A DNA stretch of 64,000 nt from a bacterium (lineage in GTDB: Bacteria; SAR324; XYD2-FULL-50-16; G965216635). Below, one piece after another: positions 37,922 through 47,697 of the stretch; within the stretch, counting starts at the first letter, position 1, and each line of letters opens with the position of its first letter. Where the stretch lies: NCBI GenBank assembly GCA_965216635.1, contig OZ244188.1, positions 2,016,001-2,080,000 of the forward strand, in the 5' to 3' direction. A model generated the notes under the pieces. That model ran no database searches, was not told the DNA's origin, and worked only from the letters and a program-made list of their open reading frames with translations. Position numbers and translations under genes: made by a program.

Positions 37922-40620
37922 TTAAGCTGATTGCTGCAATCTCAAACAACAATTTTTATATTTCTTACCACTACCACAAATACAAGAGCTATTTCTACCT
38001 ATTTTAGGAGATTTTGTTACAGGTTGTGGTTTTTTTTCTTCTCCTTCGGCAGAAGTTGCCCCAGCAGAAGATAAGTTCTGAGAGGGCGTTGCTGGATTGT
38101 CGTGAATCAGCTTTATTTTTTGCCTCTCTTCTTGTCTTATCTCTAAAGGCATCTGATTTTCTATTTTAATGTTAAAAAAATCAAAAATACATTTTTGGTT
38201 AATGTTTTCTATCATAGTAGAAAAAAGTTGAAAGGCTTCTCTTTTATATTCGTCTAAGGGATTTTTTTGTCCAAACCCACGTAATCCTATACCTTCTTTG
38301 AGATAATCCATACTCAACAAGTGCTCTTTCCAAATATGATCTGTATTCATAAGCAGAATATGTTTTTTTACTAAATGAAAAGCTTCTTCTCCAAAAATTT
38401 CTTTTCTTTGTTTGTAAGTATTTTCAAAAACTTTGCTTATAGTGTTTTTTATTTCGTTTTGTGAGTTAGATTTTTTTAAACTCTCCAACTCTAATTCTTC
38501 TCCAAAGTATTTTTTAAAATTATTTGTTAATTCTTCTAAATTCCAATGCGTTATATTTTTAGCGGGACAAAAATCCTCACTTAAATTACTAATAAAATCT
38601 TCAGCCATAGCTTCTAAAACACCTTCTTTTTGGTTGAGAATTTCATATCTTTTTTGATAAATAATTTCTCTTTGACGATTCATAACATCGTCGTATTCTA
38701 TTAAATGCTTGCGAATATTAAAGTTTTGACCCTCTACTTTTTTTTGTGCATTTAGAATAGATTTAGAAATCAGCCCGTGCTCTATAACTTCGTCTTCTGC
38801 AAGTTTCATTGTATCCATCAATTTAGCAATTCTCTCTCCGCCAAAAATTCTTAACAGATTATCTTCTAAAGAAAGAAAAAAACGACTTGCTCCCGCATCT
38901 CCTTGTCTTCCCGATCTTCCTCTTAGTTGATTATCAATCCTACGAGCATCGTGCCTCGCCGTCCCTAATACAAAAAGTCCTCCTAGTTCTTGAACACCAG
39001 CACCCAGTTTAATATCTGTACCTCTTCCAGCCATATTTGTAGAAATTGTAATAGATTTTTTCTCTCCTGCAGCGGCTATAATTTCAGCCTCTCTTTCGTG
39101 ATTTTTAGCGTTGAGCACTTCGTGCGGTAAACCTGTTTTTCTAAGAATTCTAGCTAAATGCTCAGAGGTGGCGATAGAATCTGTTCCTATTAAAACGGGT
39201 TGCCCTTTTTGATTTAATTCTTTTAAGGCAGTTACAATGGCTTTGTATTTGGCGGCTTGAGTTTTATAGATAGCATCGTTTTTATCCGCTCGCACCATAG
39301 GTTGGTTGGTAGGAATTTCTACAACTCCTAAATTATAAATTTTGATAAATTCATTTTCTTCGGTCAAAGCAGTTCCTGTCATTCCAGAAAGTTTTTTGTA
39401 TTTTCTAAAATAATTTTGAAAAGTGATGGAAGCTAAAGTTTGATTTTCTCTTTCAATCTTTACCCCTTCTTTGCATTCTATTGCTTGGTGCAAGCCTTCA
39501 CTAAATCTTCTCCCTTCCATAACTCTACCAGTAAATTCATCTACAATTTTAACTTGCCCTTCACTGACAACATAATCTACATCTTTTTTTAAAAAATAGC
39601 GGGCTCGCAAAGACTGGTTAAGAAGGTGTAAAAAATCTATATTTTCAAAATCAAAGAGACTTGGAGCTTTTAACTGATTAGCCATTTTTTGTTCTATTTT
39701 TTCAATTCCTTCCTCAGTAAATTGAATATTTTTTGTTTTTTCATTCAAGCTAAAATCTCCGTTGGTTACTACTTGTGTGTGTTTGATTTCAGGGTATATT
39801 TTTTCTAGTTCTTTTTGTGATATTTTTTTAAACTCTAAAATTTTTTCTATTTCAGGATTTTCTTCTTTGGTATAAGCTCTATTTAAACCCAAAACAGCCT
39901 TGTCGCTAATTTTGTATTTTTCACTTTGATCATCGGCAGGACCGGAAATAATTAGAGGCGTTCTTGCTTCGTCAATCAAAATGCTATCAATTTCATCTAC
40001 AATGCCGTAATTTAATTCTTTTTGCACTAGGCTTTCTAAATCGTATTTCATATTGTCTCGCAAATAATCAAAGCCGAACTCGTTGTTGGTGCCGTAAGTA
40101 ATATCAGCTTGATAGGCTTGTTTTTTTTTGTTTCGTCCATTTGGTTGTAAATCAAACCAACGCTCAAGCCTAAATATTCAAAAATTTGCCCCATCCATTC
40201 GCTATCTCTTTGAGCTAGATACTCGTTGACTGTTACTATATGCACCCCTTTGCCTTCTAAAGCATTGAGATAAGCCGCCAGTGTAGAAGTTAGTGTTTTT
40301 CCTTCCCCTGTTTTCATTTCTGCAATAGCGCCATCGTGCAGCGCCATTCCACCTAATAGCTGCACATCAAAATGCCTTTCTCCTATAGTATTCATCGCCG
40401 CTTTTCGCACTAAAGCAAAAGCTTCGGGGAGCAGGCTATCCATAGTTTGTTTTTTTGTTTGGAGTAATTCTTTGAATTCTAAAGTCTTCTGTTTGCAATT
40501 TTCTTCACTAAAAGAAGCAAATTTTTCTTCTAGTTGGTTGATTTTGGGAACAAGATTGCGGTAATTTTTCAGTTTTTTCTTAGAATGGCTGCCTATGATT
40601 TTTCCTAGTATTTCAAGCAC
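37922..40620 (-). CDS. secA: preprotein translocase SecA, frameshifted at the A9 run 40121-40129
   Basis: N-part [16 protein letters not shown]-part [20 protein letters not shown] and SEC-C motif; one extra A restores [24 protein letters not shown]. Confidence 0.93.
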
Positions 40621-40632
40621 TTTTATAAGCTT

Positions 40633-40918
40633 AAGAGATTTTTGAATTAGCGTTCTAGTTCGGCAACAGGCTTGTTGCTTAAAACTTCAGACAGGCTATT
40701 TGTGAAACAGCCGCTGGCTGTTTCACATTTCACTCTTGCTGAAACGTTTAAGTTTTGTAGTGCCCTGATCCTACTATTGAGGCACTACGCTGTTTTAAAA
40801 AAAATTAACTTTTGAAATACTCCAGTATTCCTGCGAGCTAAAAATTTTTTCGCACTTTTCTAACCACTTTTCTAACTATTTGGCTAGCCGTCGCATAACA
40901 CTAATTCAAAGGTCTCTT
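40633..40918. repeat. palindromic element E7 (long form)
   Basis: AAGAGATTTTTGAATTAG / CTAATTCAAAGGTCTCTT termini; nested GTAGTGCC...GGCACTAC hairpin. Confidence 0.88.
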
Positions 40919-40924
40919 TAAATT

Positions 40925-41758
40925 TTAGAACGGGTTTTGAGGAACAAATAAAAAATCTTTTTGATAAAAAACCGAAGGAAATTCTTCGTTACCACCTAAA
41001 GCAATAATTTCTCCTTTGGACACTCTTTGTAATTTTTTCACTTTAATTTCAAAAAGATTGCCGTAGGTCGTAAAAGTATAGTCGGAGTGATAAATGACTA
41101 CAGCTTTAGAAAGTATATCATCGGCTCCTGTATAGACTACGATGCCATCCAAAGTAGCTTTTACTGGAGTTTTTGAATCTGTGTATAGCAAAATTCCAGA
41201 ACGTGGGCTATCTAGAGAATTTTGTCCAAAAGAAGAAATTAAAAAGCCATTCGCGGGAACAATATCCGATTTTGTATTATCTGGGGGGCTGTTGAGTAAA
41301 AAATCAAACAAAGTATTAAAATCAGCATTGGTAAAAGAAAAATTCCAAGTGCTTTCCTCAGAGGGAATAGAAGAAAAAATACTTTTTTTGCTTCTTTTTA
41401 AGTTTTTAATTACAGAGAGAGATTCTGTTATGCTGGATTTTTTGAAACTTGATAAAATAGATTCGCTTTTTAAAAGATCATAATCGTATCTTAATTCTAC
41501 TATTTTGTCTTCCAATTCGGCTATGTTTTTTTCATATTGATCGAGAAAAAGCTTCTTTTCTTCGTATTTTTTTTTTATTTCTCTGTAGTTATACAAATGT
41601 TTTTGAGAAAAATAATTTACAAAAACCCATGTTGTATGAAGTAAAAAAATGACAAAAAGGAATGCAAATAATATACTAACGAATTGAGAAAGTCTGATTT
41701 TCTTTACTTTTTTAGAATTACTTGGTATTATTTGAACTGTAATATATTTTTTAAACAT
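40925..41758 (-). CDS. M23/LytM-domain membrane protein, degenerate zinc site
   Basis: TM plus coiled coil, then PANGFLISSFG, VKATLDGIV, VSKGEIIA. Confidence 0.75.
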   Translation of the reverse strand: MFKKYITVQIIPSNSKKVKKIRLSQFVSILFAFLFVIFLLHTTWVFVNYFSQKHLYNYREIKKKYEEKKLFLDQYEKNIAELEDKIVELRYDYDLLKSESILSSFKKSSITESLSVIKNLKRSKKSIFSSIPSEESTWNFSFTNADFNTLFDFLLNSPPDNTKSDIVPANGFLISSFGQNSLDSPRSGILLYTDSKTPVKATLDGIVVYTGADDILSKAVVIYHSDYTFTTYGNLFEIKVKKLQRVSKGEIIALGGNEEFPSVFYQKDFLFVPQNPF

Positions 41759-41763
41759 AATTT

Positions 41764-42945
41764 ATGAAATCAAAAAAAATTTATCTAGACTATTCTGCTA
41801 CAACTCCCTTACTCCCAGAGATATTAGAAGAAATGGTAAAAGTAGCACCGTTGTTTGGCAACCCTTCTTCTATACATCAAATTGGACAAAAAAGCAACTC
41901 TCTTTTGGATCAATGTAGAGATAACATTTCTCATCTTTTGGGCTGCCAAAGTTCAGAGATTATTTTTACTGGAGGAGCAACCGAAAGTAATAATCTTATT
42001 CTACAAGGAATAGCTTTGCAAGCCAATAATAATTATGCAAAAGAAGAGATTCCGCATTTTATTATTTCTCCATTAGAGCACTCTTCTATCAGAGAAACAG
42101 CTTTTTTCTTAGAAAAATCTAAAAAAATTGAATTGAGCCTGCTCCCCGTAGACAAAACAGCTATTGTAAAACTAGAAGATATTGAGAAACTTATTAAAAA
42201 AAACACCCAGCTGATTAGCATTACAACTGCTAGCAGTGAAGTCGGCACCATTCAGCCTATAGCTGAAATAACTGCTTTAGCAAAGCAAAAAAATATTTTT
42301 TTTCATACAGACGCTGTGCAGTCTGTTGGCACAATGGGTTTGCGGTTTGGAGCTGGTAGCATAGGAAGAGAAAACTCTCCCGATTCAGTCACTCTTTCTT
42401 CTCATAAAATTTATGGACCCAAAGGTGTGGGTTTGCTCTATCTTAAAACAGATGCTTCTGTCGTTCCTATTAGTTACGGGGGGGGACAAGAAGGAGGTTA
42501 TCGTGCAGGCACTGAAAATTTAATGGGGATTTTGGGTTTTTCTAAAGCATTAGAGTATGTCTTTAGAGAAAAAGAAAACTATAAAAAACAAATGCAAGAA
42601 TTAAGTAATTTGTTGGATACAGAAATAGAAAAAAATATTCCAGAAGCTATACTTACAGGCGACAAAGAAAAAAGACTTTGCTTTCACAGAAATTATATTT
42701 TTCCGAACTGCTCTGCTGCGCAGTTGCTAATGCATTTAGATTTGAATGGAATTTGTGTTTCCAGCGGCAGTGCTTGTAGCAGTGGAAGAGCGGAGCCCAG
42801 TTTTGCTCTCACAAAAATGGGGTATTCTCCCGAGGAATCCTCTTGTTCTTTACGCATTAGTATGGGACTACAAAATAGTAAAGATGATATTTTATTTTTT
42901 GTAGATGCCCTTAAAAATTGCCTAAAAAGTTTAAGAGACTGTTAA
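41764..42945 (+). CDS. cysteine desulfurase (IscS/NifS family)
   Basis: YLDYSATTP, GNPSSIH, HTDAVQ, SSHKIYGPKG, SSGSACSS. Confidence 0.94.
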   Translation: MKSKKIYLDYSATTPLLPEILEEMVKVAPLFGNPSSIHQIGQKSNSLLDQCRDNISHLLGCQSSEIIFTGGATESNNLILQGIALQANNNYAKEEIPHFIISPLEHSSIRETAFFLEKSKKIELSLLPVDKTAIVKLEDIEKLIKKNTQLISITTASSEVGTIQPIAEITALAKQKNIFFHTDAVQSVGTMGLRFGAGSIGRENSPDSVTLSSHKIYGPKGVGLLYLKTDASVVPISYGGGQEGGYRAGTENLMGILGFSKALEYVFREKENYKKQMQELSNLLDTEIEKNIPEAILTGDKEKRLCFHRNYIFPNCSAAQLLMHLDLNGICVSSGSACSSGRAEPSFALTKMGYSPEESSCSLRISMGLQNSKDDILFFVDALKNCLKSLRDC

Positions 42946-42995
42946 TTAGGCGTTCTAGTTCGGCTAAACTAGACAAGCAAATTCAAAAGTCTATA
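42933..42995. repeat. palindromic element E8 (short)
   Basis: AGAGACTGTTAATTAGGCGTTCTAGTTCGGC...AATTCAAAAGTCTAT. Confidence 0.75.
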
Positions 42996-43130
42996 CAGTT
43001 ATATTTCTGTTTTATAAAGATAAAAATGGTAAATTTCTAAAATCAGCAAAAGAGATTTCTTTATTTTTAAAAATTATTCTAGTAGGTTAGATAGGAGGGC
43101 GGAATTTTATTTTTTGTAGATAACGATGTT

Positions 43131-43332
43131 GTTGTATTGACGTTCTGTTTGGCTTATGCTTTGTTGAAATTTTTTTTACACCTGTTCTAACCATTTGGCT
43201 AGCCGTCACAGCTGGTTTTGTCCTATTTGGCAAATTCAAAGGTCTATTGTAGAGTGTTTTTCACTACGATGTTCCTACGAGCTAAAATTTTTTTTCGCCT
43301 AGTCGTCATATAACTTCAACGCAATGCTCTTA
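43131..43332. repeat. palindromic element E9 (composite)
   Basis: Carries modules of E3/E7 (TTCTAACCATTTGGCTAGCCGTC), E5 (GCAAATTCAAAGGTCTAT) and an E6-like terminus. Confidence 0.75.
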
Positions 43333-43340
43333 TAACTTAA

Positions 43341-44138
43341 ATGAATTCACAAAATATTTCCTATAAAAATTTCACTAATGGTGAAATTTATCAGCCTAAA
43401 GATATTCCTTGCGGTATTGATACAAAATCTTTCTGTGTAAGATTAGCAGAAACCAAAGAAGAATTGACTCAAGTGCAACAACTTCTCCACAAAACCTTTA
43501 GCTCAGATACCCACAAAATTAAGCAAGAATCCAGAGATAAATTTGCGCATCACCTTATAGCCTGCAAGAAAATAGATAACAAAGAGAAAATTGTGGGCAC
43601 TTTACGGTTGATTAACAAAGATTTTTTACCCCAAGAGCAAACATTTCGTTCTGAAGATTTTTTTAACATTCAAAATTTATTAACCGCTCATAAAAGAGCT
43701 CTTGAGCTTAGTCGTTTTTGTGTGGCTGATAGTCACCGTGATAAAGCTGTTTTACTGTTGCTTTGGAAGAGTGCTATTAAATATATTTTGTTTTTTGAAA
43801 TTCAAATTATGTTTGGGCTTGGAACTTTTCAAGGACAAAATGTAGAGACTCACACTGATATCCTTACTGCTTTGCATCACAACTATCGCGGAAAACCAGA
43901 ATGGATACCTCAGCCTGCATTAGCGGGTGCTATGCCTATAAGTAGTCTCAAGGGCAACCCTGATTTTGATAAACGTCAATTGCCTCCTGTAATGAAAGGT
44001 TACTTTAGTATGGGAGCTAGATTTGGTGACCATTACTACATAGTTCCAGAATTTGATGGTATTTTTCTATTTCTTTATGTGAAAATGGAGACTTTACACC
44101 AGTATCTTAAACAAGATGAGAAGAAACCTTCGCATTAG
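43341..44138 (+). CDS. olsB: GNAT N-acyltransferase, OlsB-like (ornithine lipid synthesis)
   Basis: VRLAET, D.FAHHL, VGTLRL, LELSRFCV, LPPVMKGYFSMGA; followed by a PlsC/OlsA-type gene. Confidence 0.75.
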   Translation: MNSQNISYKNFTNGEIYQPKDIPCGIDTKSFCVRLAETKEELTQVQQLLHKTFSSDTHKIKQESRDKFAHHLIACKKIDNKEKIVGTLRLINKDFLPQEQTFRSEDFFNIQNLLTAHKRALELSRFCVADSHRDKAVLLLLWKSAIKYILFFEIQIMFGLGTFQGQNVETHTDILTALHHNYRGKPEWIPQPALAGAMPISSLKGNPDFDKRQLPPVMKGYFSMGARFGDHYYIVPEFDGIFLFLYVKMETLHQYLKQDEKKPSH

Positions 44139-44406
44139 CGTTCTGTTTAGTTTATGCTTTGTTGAAAATTTTTTTAACTCTTGCTGGTAGACAACAATAA
44201 ATCTACACCAAAAAAGTTGGCATTTTTTCATTCCATTTGTATAAACAATGCTAGGTTTGTAGTGCCCTGATCCCACTATTGAGGCACTACGGCATTAAAA
44301 AAATTTTTAATTCTTGCCATTTGTGAAGAAATGCTCTGCGGTATTCCTACAAGCTAAATTTTTTTTTCGCCTAGCCGTTATATAATGCTAATGTAAAAGG
44401 TCTCTA
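44118..44406. repeat. palindromic element E10 (long form)
   Basis: AGAAACCTTCGCATTAGC / GCTAATGTAAAAGGTCTCT termini; same GTAGTGCCCTGATCC.ACTATTGAGGCACTAC hairpin as E7. Confidence 0.82.
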
Positions 44407-44576
44407 GAAAAATTAGTTGTCTCTGCGACAAACAACCAATTTTTGAAAGAAACAATCTGTTTTCTGGTCGTTTTTTAAATTGGATATTTCCCGTAATATA
44501 TAGTTCTAGAATTTAATGACATTTTTATATTTTTTCGTGTAGAATGAGAAACTTCAAACCAGCATCTTAGAAATTC

Positions 44577-45350
44577 ATGATAGAAACTTTTAAAAAAATC
44601 AGAGGAGGAACAAAACTAGCCTTGTTTTTTCTATGGACATTTTTTTTATTGTTAATTTTTTTTACTTTTGGTTCCTTTAGTCAGCAGATGAAAGTTCTTA
44701 TATCTCAGTGGTGGCACAGAGGATGTTTGAAAATTTTTAAAATTAAAGTAACTCTAGCGGGTCAGATTTCTTTTTATCCCAAAACTTTGTTTGTCGCCAA
44801 CCATGTGTCCTATCTAGATATAATCGCTATTGGTTCAAGATTAAAAGCAGCTTTTGTTGCTAGAGCAGAAGTGAGAGAAATACCTCTTTTTGGTTGGTTA
44901 AGCACACTGCAGAACACCATCTTCCTCCAGCGAGATAAAAGCAAAAACATCCAAACCCACTTAAAGGAATTAATTCGGCGATTAAACAAACCTAAATCTT
45001 TGGTTTTATTCCCCGAAGGAATTAGCACTGATGGGGCCGATGTGCTTTCTTTTAAATCCAGTCTGTTCGCAGTTACTCAATTTGTGAAAAACCTTCAGGT
45101 GCAACCTTTCTCTTTGCTTTATAAAGATAAAAATGGAAAATTTTTATCACCAACCAAAAGAGATTACTATGCTTTTTATCAAGGCATACCTTTTGGAAAA
45201 CATTTTTGGGATATGTGTTGTCAATCGGGAATTCAGATTCATTTAAAATTTCATTCTCCTATTAAAAATCTTGCTAGTATCAGCAGAAAAGATTTAGCTA
45301 CAGATTGTTATAAAAAGATTAAACAGGATGTATTGAATTTTTTGAAGTAG
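44577..45350 (+). CDS. lysophospholipid/lyso-ornithine lipid acyltransferase (OlsA/PlsC family)
   Basis: NHVSYLD, FPEG, FKSSLF. Confidence 0.85.
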   Translation: MIETFKKIRGGTKLALFFLWTFFLLLIFFTFGSFSQQMKVLISQWWHRGCLKIFKIKVTLAGQISFYPKTLFVANHVSYLDIIAIGSRLKAAFVARAEVREIPLFGWLSTLQNTIFLQRDKSKNIQTHLKELIRRLNKPKSLVLFPEGISTDGADVLSFKSSLFAVTQFVKNLQVQPFSLLYKDKNGKFLSPTKRDYYAFYQGIPFGKHFWDMCCQSGIQIHLKFHSPIKNLASISRKDLATDCYKKIKQDVLNFLK

Positions 45351-45355
45351 ACAGT

Positions 45356-45375
45356 AGAGAGACGCTCTCTTTTTT
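45356..45375 (+). terminator. possible intrinsic terminator
   Basis: AGAGAG-ACG-CTCTCT followed by a T run. Confidence 0.5.
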
Positions 45376-45441
45376 CATCAAATAGGCGTCTCATCAAACA
45401 GGCATCTCATCAAACAGGCGTCTCATCAAACAGGCGTTTCA
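45375..45441. repeat. 4 x 16-bp tandem repeat
   Basis: TCATCAAACAGGCGTC units between convergent genes. Confidence 0.9.
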
Positions 45442-45445
45442 CCAC

Positions 45446-46462
45446 TTAAGAAAACAAAGCTTCTGCAAATAAATCAGGTTTAAAAGGTTGTAGCTGCTCT
45501 ATTTTTTCTCCTACACCGAGATAATACAAAGGCAATTCAAACTCATTGATTAACCCTATAATCACTCCGCCTTTGGAAGTTCCGTCTAATTTGGTGACTA
45601 TCAAACCATCTATGGCTATGGATTCTTGGAAAATTTTAACCTGCTTGACTGCGTTTTGTCCTGTAGAAGCATCCAAAATTAAAAAAGTCTGCTGGTTTTC
45701 AGGGATAAGTTTTTGCACTATTTTTTTCACTTTTATTAGCTCGTCCATTAAATTTTTATTGGTGTGCAATCTACCAGAAGTATCACAAAGTAAAATATCG
45801 TGTTTTTCTTTAAGGGCTTTTTCTGTAGCTTGGTAGATGACAGCTGCAGAATCAGAACCAGTTTCTTTTGCAAAAAAATCACTCTTTGATCTGTTAGCCC
45901 AAATTTCTAATTGCTCTATGGCAGCGGCTCTAAAAGTATCCCCTGCAGCAATTAGTACTTTTTTATTTTCTTGAGCGAAAATACTCGCCATTTTTCCAAT
46001 AGTAGTAGTTTTACCTACGCCGTTGACTCCTACAAATAAAATTAAGTTTGTTTTTCCTTTTTTAAAGGACAGAGGTTTTTGGTGGACACTCAAAATTTGG
46101 GTTATAATTTTTCGTAGTTCGTTAAAGGTTTGTTTTTTATTTTTTATTTTTCCCTTAGCGTAAAGATCTTCTAGTTTGGCTAAAATTCTTCGTGTGGTAG
46201 GCACCCCTATATCTGCTGTAAGCAATGTTTCTTCAATCTCGTCAAAAAGTATTTCGTCTAGCTCCTCGTCTCCGAGTAGGGCTTCTTTTAAATCATCTAC
46301 GAAAATTTCTTTGGTTTTCTTTAGACCCGATTTGAACTTGCCTAAAATTCCTTGTTTCTTTTTTGCAGATGCTAGTTGCCCAGATGGTAAAAATAGCTCT
46401 TTTTTTAGATTTTGGTCTTCTTTATAAAGTTTTGTATTTTCTTGATTTTTTTCTGTTTCCAT
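45446..46462 (-). CDS. ftsY: signal recognition particle receptor
   Basis: GVNGVGKTTTIGK, DTFRAAA, DTSGR, TKLDGTSKGG. Confidence 0.96.
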   Translation of the reverse strand: METEKNQENTKLYKEDQNLKKELFLPSGQLASAKKKQGILGKFKSGLKKTKEIFVDDLKEALLGDEELDEILFDEIEETLLTADIGVPTTRRILAKLEDLYAKGKIKNKKQTFNELRKIITQILSVHQKPLSFKKGKTNLILFVGVNGVGKTTTIGKMASIFAQENKKVLIAAGDTFRAAAIEQLEIWANRSKSDFFAKETGSDSAAVIYQATEKALKEKHDILLCDTSGRLHTNKNLMDELIKVKKIVQKLIPENQQTFLILDASTGQNAVKQVKIFQESIAIDGLIVTKLDGTSKGGVIIGLINEFELPLYYLGVGEKIEQLQPFKPDLFAEALFS

Positions 46463-46498
46463 TTTATTTTGAAGTAGTTTAATTAAGTAGGTTCAAAC

Positions 46499-46540
46499 TT
46501 AAAAATAAAATTCTTTGTGAAAAATTACAACCCCCATTCT
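46499..46540 (+). repeat. 42-bp direct repeat of the valS start region
   Basis: Matches 47680-47721 with one mismatch. Confidence 0.9.
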
Positions 46541-46638
46541 ACTGATTTGATTTGTTCTCCTTTAATTTTTCTCTTTTTTAGATTATACAATGAATTGTAA
46601 GGCAGTACTGCCTTAATAACTAATAGTTAACTGTCGTA

Positions 46639-47607
46639 ATGAGTGAGTGCTTGTATCAAAAAGTAGACGATTTTAAAAAACAGGTTACAGAAGATCTTCG
46701 TTCAAATTCTCTGGCGTACTATGAGATAGGCATTGGCATATTTCATAAATCAAGAATGAAAAACAAGGGTGAGTTTCAACCAGCAATCGGAAATCTAGCA
46801 ATCAGTGTTGAATTACTTTTAAAGTCAGTTATTGCACACAAAGCAATTAAGATGCTTTATCAATGTCTATCGCATGAAGCTCAACTGCTTTTATGCTATC
46901 CAGAAAGTTTACCAGAAAATTATAAATCTGATTTTTTGCTGAACGAACTAAAGAATTTTCGTTCTAAGTTTAAAACTATACAGATAGATGAAGCTGTTTC
47001 TCTTTTTTGTTTTTTCTACCCAGAGTTAAAGAAAGAATACAAACAGTTTTTTTCGTTACTAACAAGTATTAGAAACATTAGTGTGCATGCATCTGTACAA
47101 AATCACCAATGGTATAAGCTAGAGCATACTGCTTTCTTCTCAACAAAGTTATTTCAAGCTGTTGAAGAGCTAAATATTTTTAGCTCCATTTCTTTTTATA
47201 TTTCAAAAGAAACAGAGGATTTTCTCCTGCATTATGAGGATGGAAAGGTTACGAAAGTTAGGGATGCATTAAAAAAAGCTACTGAAGTTACCGAAAAAGG
47301 AGATCTATCTGAGCCTAGCTACTCCACGGATGACTGGAATGAGATGAATCAAACTTGCCCAATCTGCAATCGTAATGGAATATATATAGGAGAAACAGAA
47401 GAAGATGGGGACGGAGATGAAGAAAATGGAATGCCTCTTACTTTTCAATGTGAGAGTTATTTTTGCAAAGCGTGTGGTTTGAAGCTTGAGGATTATAAAG
47501 AACTGAAGCTTGCAAATATGGAAACTTCTGTTGACCGTAGTGATGAAATTAATCAATGGTTAATAGACGGGCATGATTTTGACACCTACTATGATGATAT
47601 AAGATAG
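46639..47607 (+). CDS. HEPN-like protein with C-terminal zinc ribbon
   Basis: SVELLLKS and RNISVH (RxxxxH) motifs; CPIC...CKAC. Confidence 0.65.
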   Translation: MSECLYQKVDDFKKQVTEDLRSNSLAYYEIGIGIFHKSRMKNKGEFQPAIGNLAISVELLLKSVIAHKAIKMLYQCLSHEAQLLLCYPESLPENYKSDFLLNELKNFRSKFKTIQIDEAVSLFCFFYPELKKEYKQFFSLLTSIRNISVHASVQNHQWYKLEHTAFFSTKLFQAVEELNIFSSISFYISKETEDFLLHYEDGKVTKVRDALKKATEVTEKGDLSEPSYSTDDWNEMNQTCPICNRNGIYIGETEEDGDGDEENGMPLTFQCESYFCKACGLKLEDYKELKLANMETSVDRSDEINQWLIDGHDFDTYYDDIR

Positions 47608-47697
47608 TAACAGTTAACAAGATTAGCTAAAGAGACATACTATTTTAGTAATGGTGTTTATCTGTCTTTCTATGCTTCATTAAAAATAAAATTCTTT

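Noticed and set aside
45375..45441. Mini CRISPR or iterons
   Set aside because: 16-bp units are directly adjacent with no spacers and no rep gene nearby; a simple tandem repeat
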